From an uncultured virus (IMG/VR IMGVR_UViG_3300043773_000315) (lineage: Duplodnaviria; Heunggongvirae; Uroviricota; Caudoviricetes): DNA of 64,000 nucleotides. The position numbers and the translations under genes are program-made. Below the pieces are notes generated by a model. The model had not been told where the DNA came from, ran no database searches, and was given only the letters and a program-made list of their open reading frames with translations. The stretch is from IMG/VR virus record IMGVR_UViG_3300043773_000315; one strand, given 5' to 3'. Shown here one piece after another: positions 27,515 to 33,232 of the stretch (its first letter is position 1; each line of letters starts with the position of its first letter).

Positions 27515-27674
27515 TCTCTTTTCGTCAGCGGTTGAAGTAGATGATGAGATTTTGCAACTCATACTGGATCTCCGATTCGTTCGTCAGAGGAACTACTAAG
27601 AATCACCGTTCTACTATTAAACTACATCTACTGATTCATCTTGGCCGAGACTATCAACCACTGACGAAAAGAGA
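27515..27674 (-). ncRNA. Long-stem multibranch ncRNA
   Basis: 21-bp terminal inverted repeat (27515-27535 / 27654-27674), inner AGTAGATG/CATCTACT, three apical hairpins. Confidence 0.65.
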
Positions 27675-27831
27675 ATTATGTGAGGCTACGCCGAATCGTA
27701 GTAATCTCACCGGTGTTTCGTCATTCGGTACGCTCAGTTTTAAAAAACTAAGAAAAAGGAACTTAACAATGTAAATCAGCGGTGCTGCTTATCCTGCAGC
27801 TAGGAAACTCTTTCAATCAACTTACAAACAC

Positions 27832-27860
27832 AATATAGCAGTTCAGAACCAGGAAGTCAA
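27832..27860 (-). promoter_or_regulatory. Sigma70-type promoter for the tRNA/ncRNA operon
   Basis: TTGACT-17nt-TATATT with an A-rich UP-like tract. Confidence 0.8.
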
Positions 27861-27902
27861 CTTTTATTTTTGCATAACTGCTATGTTCTGGACGCATAAC
27901 TC

Positions 27903-27940
27903 AAAAAGAAGAACCCCGAAACTTTTGGCTTCGGGGTTCT
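27903..27940 (-). terminator. Intrinsic terminator (attenuator)
   Basis: AGAACCCCGAAGC-CAAAA-GTTTCGGGGTTCT followed by TCTTTTT. Confidence 0.9.
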
Positions 27941-27965
27941 AAGAAACTAAGTCTATCCGTAAGAC

Positions 27966-28049
27966 TTAAAGCATAGAACCCCTCGCGTCTGCCCATGCTG
28001 GGCGACCTTCAAATTGATTATTCGTAATTGGGCAATAATGCGATTTCAT
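27966..28049 (-). CDS. Putative leader peptide (27 aa, contains 19 of 20 amino acids)
   Basis: MKSHYCPITNNQFEGRPAWADARGSML; purine-rich AGAAAGAACGGAA before ATG; 3' end carries GGGGTTCTA complementary to the terminator 5' arm. Confidence 0.78.
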   Translation of the reverse strand: MKSHYCPITNNQFEGRPAWADARGSML

Positions 28050-28074
28050 TTCCGTTCTTTCTAACTTTGTATTC

Positions 28075-28105
28075 TATTTATATCACAAGGAAGTCAATTT
28101 GTCAA
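28075..28105 (-). promoter_or_regulatory. Overlapping T4-type late promoter (TATAAATA) and sigma70 promoter
   Basis: TTGACA(28105-28100)-17nt-TATAAA; TATAAATA at 28082-28075. Confidence 0.8.
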
Positions 28106-28106
28106 G

Positions 28107-28733
28107 TTATTCTCTAACTTTTCTAATTCTTTTTTCGTCGCCTAGATTTGCTCTTCCATCGTATGCCAAATCTGCGTTTGGACCATTTGCATCAACGTAG
28201 TGCAAAAATACTTGTGCTTGCCATCTGCCTGTATATTTTTCTCTCCAGTGCCAGAGATCCATTCCTCTGTAAAGAACAGCACCGCCCACTTCGATTATCT
28301 GTCTATGAACATCTGTGTGTTTATCAGTTTTAGAAAAAAAGAAAGGCCAGATAGATGACTTTTTATCGTGACCTAAAGTTATTGTGGCTGATATTTCGCA
28401 ACTAGGGCGATCTTTGTGTATATTTAAAACTTCATTTTTATTGTAGAGTCTGGCATACGTATACGTTGGAAGTAGCGATATATTGATAAGAGATGATATC
28501 TTTGATCGATTTAGATCAAGAAACTTATCTAAAAGGGATTCTCCATATATACTACCTGAAAGAGTACACTGTTTATCTGGTTTTAATCTTCCTTCATTTT
28601 TCAAGGAAAGAAGATGATTCGTGAGCATTTCACACTCATACTTGTCCACAAGATTAGGAACATATGCCCAGCCATGTTTTGCAAAATGCTGCTCTACATT
28701 TAGACAGGATTCTCTTTTATCTAAATTTTCCAT
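28107..28733 (-). CDS. 2OG-Fe(II) oxygenase
   Basis: PTYTYARLY, HKDRPSCEIS.T, HWRE, QVFLHYVD; TATAAATA at 28752-28759 upstream. Confidence 0.8.
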   Translation of the reverse strand: MENLDKRESCLNVEQHFAKHGWAYVPNLVDKYECEMLTNHLLSLKNEGRLKPDKQCTLSGSIYGESLLDKFLDLNRSKISSLINISLLPTYTYARLYNKNEVLNIHKDRPSCEISATITLGHDKKSSIWPFFFSKTDKHTDVHRQIIEVGGAVLYRGMDLWHWREKYTGRWQAQVFLHYVDANGPNADLAYDGRANLGDEKRIRKVRE

Positions 28734-28790
28734 TTTACACTCTTTTATTTTTATTTATAATGGAGTGTATAACTCTAACCTTAATTAAGA

Positions 28791-29438
28791 TCATTCTTTT
28801 GATAAGATTCTATCTGTTGCTTTTTTCCAGGCTTCTTCATTGTCTAAAATGTAAGCTATCGAAATTCTTTTCGATTTTGTCTCTGCGGCATGCCAAAAAA
28901 GTTTGTTTTCGTCTTCTATGGAAGGAAAATAACCTACTTTTATATTCCAACCAGGATTATCTTGAATCGTTGTTATGGATTTTGTTTCTCTGTCCCAATA
29001 TTTGAAATTGCCACTTCCGTCAACACTATACGTAAATAGTGCATTGTAACCGGGAGCATTTCCATTATGGTGCCATCCAATGTATCCATTTTCAGGATAT
29101 ATGATAGATAGAGAATTTTTTGTTGAACTTATAATCTTTCCAAGACTTAGTAATTTGGTTTCAATCATTACTAATTCTCGTAGATTGAAATAGGCCATAT
29201 CTTTTATTGAAATGCCCAAAACTGCGCGGGGATGACAAAATTGTAATACGTCAAGTTTATGTGCTTCAAATAGATATTTGTCTGAACATGGATGATATGA
29301 AGTGATAAGACTATCTTCTAATCTTTTCATTTCCCAATCATCAACAAGTTTTGAAACATTATCACTCAAATAGTATCTTTCTATTTGAGACAATATACTT
29401 TTTATTTTTTCATTCTCTACATTGATGACTTTCATCAT
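28791..29438 (-). CDS. Hypothetical cupin/2OG-fold phage protein
   Basis: YPENGYIGWHHNGNAPGYN, G.G.F.Y.D, WHAA...R. Confidence 0.65.
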   Translation of the reverse strand: MMKVINVENEKIKSILSQIERYYLSDNVSKLVDDWEMKRLEDSLITSYHPCSDKYLFEAHKLDVLQFCHPRAVLGISIKDMAYFNLRELVMIETKLLSLGKIISSTKNSLSIIYPENGYIGWHHNGNAPGYNALFTYSVDGSGNFKYWDRETKSITTIQDNPGWNIKVGYFPSIEDENKLFWHAAETKSKRISIAYILDNEEAWKKATDRILSKE

Positions 29439-29463
29439 GATAATTGTTATCCATATTATTTTT

Positions 29464-29545
29464 TGGTGCGAGTGGAGGGACTTGAACCCCCATGCTTTCG
29501 CGGTTGATTTTGAGTCAACTGTGTCTACCGTTTCACCACACTCGC
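29464..29545 (-). tRNA. tRNA-Leu(CAA)
   Basis: GTTGA-CTCAAAA-TCAAC; variable arm; CCA. Confidence 0.93.
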
Positions 29546-29637
29546 TGGTCGGCGTGCTTGGATTCGAACCAAGTCAAGAACACTCATCTAGTGCTAAAGG
29601 GATTATAAGGCCCTCCCGTGTACCAACACCCACGCCG
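29546..29637 (-). tRNA. Atypical tRNA with UAU anticodon and long variable arm
   Basis: CGGCGTG/CACGCCG-ACCA; loop CT-TAT-AA; 4-nt D loop; AGCACT/AGTGTT variable stem. Confidence 0.75.
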
Positions 29638-29838
29638 TTAAATCTTCTTGATACCGTTTACATAATTCTCTGCGGCATCTTCATGATACAGAAGATTATG
29701 TTCTTCATACGATTCAGTAGCAACGATTAAACCATTTTTACCAAACTCAACTTCAAACTTATCTTGAGACGCATTATAATATACAATGGCCTTCAAGTCA
29801 AAGTCTTCTGAATGAAATACTGATACTTGGCTTCTCAT
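29638..29838 (-). CDS. Hypothetical protein
   Basis: 66 aa; GAGG RBS; EDAAENYVNG motif common in T4-like phages. Confidence 0.7.
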   Translation of the reverse strand: MRSQVSVFHSEDFDLKAIVYYNASQDKFEVEFGKNGLIVATESYEEHNLLYHEDAAENYVNGIKKI

Positions 29839-29854
29839 GCTATCCTCTTTGTTT

Positions 29855-29930
29855 TGGTGCGCCCGCTCAGATTCGAACTGAGGATCGGACGGTTATGAGC
29901 CGTCAGCATTAACCGCTATGCTACAGGCGC
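29855..29930 (-). tRNA. tRNA(CAU), probably Ile2 (lysidine type)
   Basis: GACGG-CTCATAA-CCGTC; C4-G69 and C5-G68 pairs. Confidence 0.85.
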
Positions 29931-29934
29931 GAGT

Positions 29935-30010
29935 TGGTGCCCCTTGTCAGATTCGAACTGACCCTTGAAGGATTTTAAGTCCTCTGCCTCTACCGCTGGG
30001 CTAAAGGGGC
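29935..30010 (-). tRNA. tRNA-Leu(UAA) with short variable loop
   Basis: GAGGA-CTTAAAA-TCCTT; 76 nt in total. Confidence 0.88.
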
Positions 30011-30016
30011 TTTATC

Positions 30017-30283
30017 TTAGTCCTTGCTTGACCCGTGAATGAAACCCTTGCGAGGATCACCCCAATATGTATCTGCGCGGACACGAACGAACCGTGCGCG
30101 AGTATCGGCCGTGTTCTCATTTGGAACAGACAACCAAGGATTCTTGCCAGCCAACCACGCCTTCTGCTTCATTGTCCACTTTACAATAGCAGACCGATCA
30201 CGCTTGATGGCCTTAGAAATCTGTCGATTTGCTTCACGCTCACCCTTTGAGGTGTAAGTAGATTTAGTCTTTGGTGCGGACAT
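30017..30283 (-). CDS. Hypothetical basic protein
   Basis: GGAG RBS; AWLAGKNPWLSVPN motif. Confidence 0.7.
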   Translation of the reverse strand: MSAPKTKSTYTSKGEREANRQISKAIKRDRSAIVKWTMKQKAWLAGKNPWLSVPNENTADTRARFVRVRADTYWGDPRKGFIHGSSKD

Positions 30284-30307
30284 TCACTTTCTCCATTATA
30301 CTTTAAT

Positions 30308-30384
30308 TGGCGACTCCGGAGGGACTTGAACCCCCAGCATTCAGATTAGAAGTCTGACACTCTATCCAGTTGAGTTACGGAGCC
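30308..30384 (-). tRNA. tRNA-Arg(UCU)
   Basis: TCAGA-CTTCTAA-TCTGA; GCCA. Confidence 0.93.
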
Positions 30385-30396
30385 ATTGAACTTTAT

Positions 30397-30585
30397 TTAT
30401 GCTACCTGATCAACAGGAAAGCCTCTGATGTAACAGCCATCAAGAAAACGATGACCAGTCTTGTGTGCATCATCGCTGTCCAGGAAAAACTGTTCCCAGA
30501 TGCAATCATCTTCTTCAAAGCAATATAGCATGAAGCCGACGCGGTTGTCAACTACAGAAAAATCTACTTCATATGACCTAACCAT
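30397..30585 (-). CDS. Hypothetical protein
   Basis: Coupled small ORF with RBS. Confidence 0.6.
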   Translation of the reverse strand: MVRSYEVDFSVVDNRVGFMLYCFEEDDCIWEQFFLDSDDAHKTGHRFLDGCYIRGFPVDQVA

Positions 30586-30808
30586 TGTCTATATCCTTCT
30601 TAATTTTGGGCATAACCATAGTTAGTGCTTGTGCAAGAGTGTAAGCCATTTCACGAGGAATGGATACAGATTCTCTGTTATCAGCAAAGTTATAAACAAT
30701 GGTGATAGGATCATTCATAAAGTTATTACGAGTGTAAACTTCGATCCATTGTTTGGATCTACGATCACCGTAAAACTTATGTTTCGTTTCAATAGTATCA
30801 TCAAACAT
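30578..30808 (-). CDS. Hypothetical protein
   Basis: Coupled small ORF (TAATG). Confidence 0.6.
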   Translation of the reverse strand: MFDDTIETKHKFYGDRRSKQWIEVYTRNNFMNDPITIVYNFADNRESVSIPREMAYTLAQALTMVMPKIKKDIDNG

Positions 30809-31044
30809 TATGCTGCACCTTTGCGAAGCTTAACACCAGTAACTCGTTCCAATGCGATGATAGAAACGGGATACTGAGGATTGCCAGTGTATAAACGAAA
30901 AGTATTTTTTGGATCGTATCGCTCACTTTTCACTACCCTTCCACTCTTGATGAGAATGTCATGCCGACAACCGTACTTATATTCAGTACGGACATGCAGC
31001 AGATCGCCAACGTTCGGTTTCCAATCATTTGTCATCATGGTCAA
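30808..31044 (-). CDS. Hypothetical protein
   Basis: Coupled small ORF. Confidence 0.6.
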   Translation of the reverse strand: MTMMTNDWKPNVGDLLHVRTEYKYGCRHDILIKSGRVVKSERYDPKNTFRLYTGNPQYPVSIIALERVTGVKLRKGAA

Positions 31045-31577
31045 ATCTTAGCAGTTGTCTTGAAGGATGTCAACATCTTTTTTGTCAGACGTTTCCCACG
31101 AATATAAGGATATCCGTGCTTGAACTTAATCTTTTCCTGTTTCAGGACACAAGAATAGAGAAGATATAGCGAACGGTCGCGACCATACGCTTCAATTTCC
31201 CAAGGCCAGTTCAGATAGTCCTCGAAAGAATTGGTAATCTTGTAGGTCTTGCCCTGCCACTTGGCTGTGATTAGTTCGTGCCGCAACTCGCCCTTTGCAT
31301 ATTGCTTCATATGGACAATCTCATGCGCGAGGCATTGCAGCATCTTGTATCGGGACAGCTTTGAATTGATACCGATTTCAAACATTCGCGGGCGCGGACT
31401 ATCATCATAAGAAAAACAATGGCCCTGTGCATACTTGCCCTGCTTCTCAAAGCAGATGTCAACCTGAATATTTTCTAGCAGTCTCTTGCTCATGATATAC
31501 TGAGCAAAGAAGATTGTGGCAAACTTGATTTCGGCCTTACACATGGCCGAAGTCTTACCGCGAATGTTGATTTTCAT
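31041..31577 (-). CDS. Putative zinc metallopeptidase-like protein
   Basis: LAHEIVHMKQY (HExxH) and PWEIEAY. Confidence 0.75.
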   Translation of the reverse strand: MKINIRGKTSAMCKAEIKFATIFFAQYIMSKRLLENIQVDICFEKQGKYAQGHCFSYDDSPRPRMFEIGINSKLSRYKMLQCLAHEIVHMKQYAKGELRHELITAKWQGKTYKITNSFEDYLNWPWEIEAYGRDRSLYLLYSCVLKQEKIKFKHGYPYIRGKRLTKKMLTSFKTTAKI

Positions 31578-31578
31578 T

Positions 31579-31785
31579 CTATTCCTTTATATCGCTATAT
31601 GACTTGTTCCGTGGCGCCTGTGTATGGTCGCCATTTGCAAACACAACCGTATCGCCTGGTGCAATCTCACGAAAAGCACGGAGATCCCAACCAGGATGAA
31701 TGAAATCTGGCTGCCCGAACAAACGCACGGCAGTCAGATACCTCTCATCCTTGAAACCGACGAAATGCAGGCAGGTGTTAGTCAC
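31579..31785 (-). CDS. Hypothetical protein
   Basis: HFVGFKDERY..AVRLFGQPDFIH..WD.RA; GGAGAG RBS. Confidence 0.65.
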   Translation of the reverse strand: MTNTCLHFVGFKDERYLTAVRLFGQPDFIHPGWDLRAFREIAPGDTVVFANGDHTQAPRNKSYSDIKE

Positions 31786-31924
31786 TCATTAACTCTCCGT
31801 TCATATACATCACATAGAAGCCCCAAGCCATCAGACCGAGACCGATTGCGCCCATTACCATCTGGAGTCCAAGTCCAGTCGTGGCCGAAGCGCCGAGAAC
31901 CATACCGAGCAGAAATCTAAGCAT
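31778..31924 (-). CDS. Small hydrophobic membrane protein (48 aa)
   Basis: MLRFLLGMVLGASATTGLGLQMVMGAIGLGLMAWGFYVMYMNGELMSD; TAATG coupling; not in the ORF track. Confidence 0.6.
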   Translation of the reverse strand: MLRFLLGMVLGASATTGLGLQMVMGAIGLGLMAWGFYVMYMNGELMSD

Positions 31925-32118
31925 TAGCGAATCTCCCTAAGACGCAACTTGACCCAAGTATTGATTTCTTCAACTTGCAGGTCATATTCCCAGTCCGACA
32001 TATCAGAGTGGAGGTATTCACTATCAAGCCGATACATCATACGCTCGGCCGCACGTTCAATCTGGTCTTCGGACGAATATTGATTATACATTAGAGCCAA
32101 CCTTCCTGATAATGACAA
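31924..32118 (-). CDS. Hypothetical protein (start probably 32091)
   Basis: Acidic ORF coupled to the upstream gene. Confidence 0.55.
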   Translation of the reverse strand: MSLSGRLALMYNQYSSEDQIERAAERMMYRLDSEYLHSDMSDWEYDLQVEEINTWVKLRLREIR

Positions 32119-32534
32119 GCCACATAGTCAATCTTTTCGGGCTGTTCAGCCAGCCAAGCGGCCCGTTCCGCTTCCTGCTCAAGGCGATATTCTTCTTCCT
32201 GGCGCTGCCACTCTTCCTCGCGCTTGATCTCATCTTCCATCATGCGACCGAGAAGATCAATCTCACGTTCCAGTTCCTCGTCGGACATGTCCTTGAGATT
32301 GATGTGGCGCGGACGACAACCCGTAACGTCCTTATACATTTCCCAGAACAAGGTCTCGTTTTCGTAACGCCTAAACTCAGCCACAGTTGTGACACCCATC
32401 TCGGCCCAGAAATCAAGTTCCTCGACATAGAGACCAGTCCAACGATTGTCCGGATCTTCGGCAATCCAAGCCAGCTTTTCAGCGTTAAGCTTTGCAAGAT
32501 GTTCAACGAGGGTCATAGTGTTCTCCGTCATCAT
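32091..32534 (-). CDS. Hypothetical early protein
   Basis: YKDVTGCRPR motif with acidic coiled tail; first gene after the promoter at 32542-32570. Confidence 0.7.
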   Translation of the reverse strand: MMTENTMTLVEHLAKLNAEKLAWIAEDPDNRWTGLYVEELDFWAEMGVTTVAEFRRYENETLFWEMYKDVTGCRPRHINLKDMSDEELEREIDLLGRMMEDEIKREEEWQRQEEEYRLEQEAERAAWLAEQPEKIDYVACHYQEGWL

Positions 32535-32541
32535 ACACTAT

Positions 32542-32570
32542 AGATGGGGATGGCAAGTCGGTTTTTCAAG
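32542..32570 (-). promoter_or_regulatory. RpoH/sigma32-like promoter
   Basis: CTTGAAA-14nt-CCCCATCT. Confidence 0.6.
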
Positions 32571-32610
32571 TGGTCAAAATGCATACCAGCTATGCATCCA
32601 GAGCATGGGC

Positions 32611-32647
32611 TAAGTGCTTGATTTGTCGTTCGGCTAAGTGATTGATT
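32611..32647 (-). promoter_or_regulatory. Two tandem IHF-consensus sites
   Basis: AATCAAGCACTTA and AATCAATCACTTA match WATCAANNNNTTR. Confidence 0.55.
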
Positions 32648-32759
32648 TTATTGAGGTCGGTCCAGACGCAGGAGGAGAGGGCTGGAGCGGGTAGATCCAG
32701 CCAGATATATCCATACTACCCGCTGGCCAGTCGCTTTTCCAGCCCATTCCTACCGAGTT

Positions 32760-33041
32760 TTAAGCAGAAATGAAGTCGGAGAAGTCGGCGTTGACATTCC
32801 GTGCGAATACAACTTCCCGTAGTACAAAAGTCGGAGTGAATCCGTCAAAGCCGCCGCCTGATTCCAGAAAATTAGCATAGTCTAATGCATCTTCCTCGAA
32901 CTCAAAAGCCTTAATCAGTTGCTCGGTCTTGTTTTCCATAACGCACCAGATGTAATCAGAGTTGACTTCAAGTGGTAGAACGTAGTAGTTATCCATTCTT
33001 TTTCTCCAGATAGCAGGTGCAGGCTTCAAATTCAAATTCAC
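32760..33041 (-). CDS. Hypothetical protein (start probably 32996)
   Basis: GGGFDGFTP.F motif; GGAG RBS before MDNYY. Confidence 0.65.
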   Translation of the reverse strand: MNLNLKPAPAIWRKRMDNYYVLPLEVNSDYIWCVMENKTEQLIKAFEFEEDALDYANFLESGGGFDGFTPTFVLREVVFARNVNADFSDFISA

Positions 33042-33231
33042 AAGTTTCGTCTATCGGCATAAAGTCCCACTCAGGACAATAGTGTCGTTTTTCTCCAGTC
33101 AATATCTGACCATAAAATAACATACACTCTTTTGCCCATATAATCTCAAAGTCTTCGTCGGTCATCTCTTTGGGATCATCCGTGCTTACTTCTTTGAACT
33201 TCTGCCTTAGTTCTATCTTGTCGCTTGTCAT
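32989..33231 (-). CDS. Hypothetical protein
   Basis: HYCPEWDFMPIDE...C.C motif. Confidence 0.6.
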   Translation of the reverse strand: MTSDKIELRQKFKEVSTDDPKEMTDEDFEIIWAKECMLFYGQILTGEKRHYCPEWDFMPIDETCEFEFEACTCYLEKKNG

Positions 33232-33232
33232 G

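Noticed and set aside
27711..27740. Hammerhead ribozyme (CTGA...GAAA)
   Set aside because: The sequence is CTGAGCG rather than CUGANGA, and stems I and III could not be built.
25796..27752. tmRNA or RNase P RNA among the structured spacers
   Set aside because: I found no tag reading frame (ANDN...AA type) with a G3.U70 acceptor, and no GAGGAAAGUCC RNase P core. A covariance search would be needed to exclude divergent forms.
19429..27774. Track ORFs overlapping tRNAs (e.g. 19429-19713, 20482-20778, 23741-23929, 26344-26532, 26539-26841, 27022-27279, 27230-27469, 27541-27774)
   Set aside because: They are read-throughs of tRNA or structured-RNA sequence with no RBS or protein-like composition. 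The N-terminal extensions of 18409, 21629, 22756, 23350 and 24802 were trimmed for the same reason.
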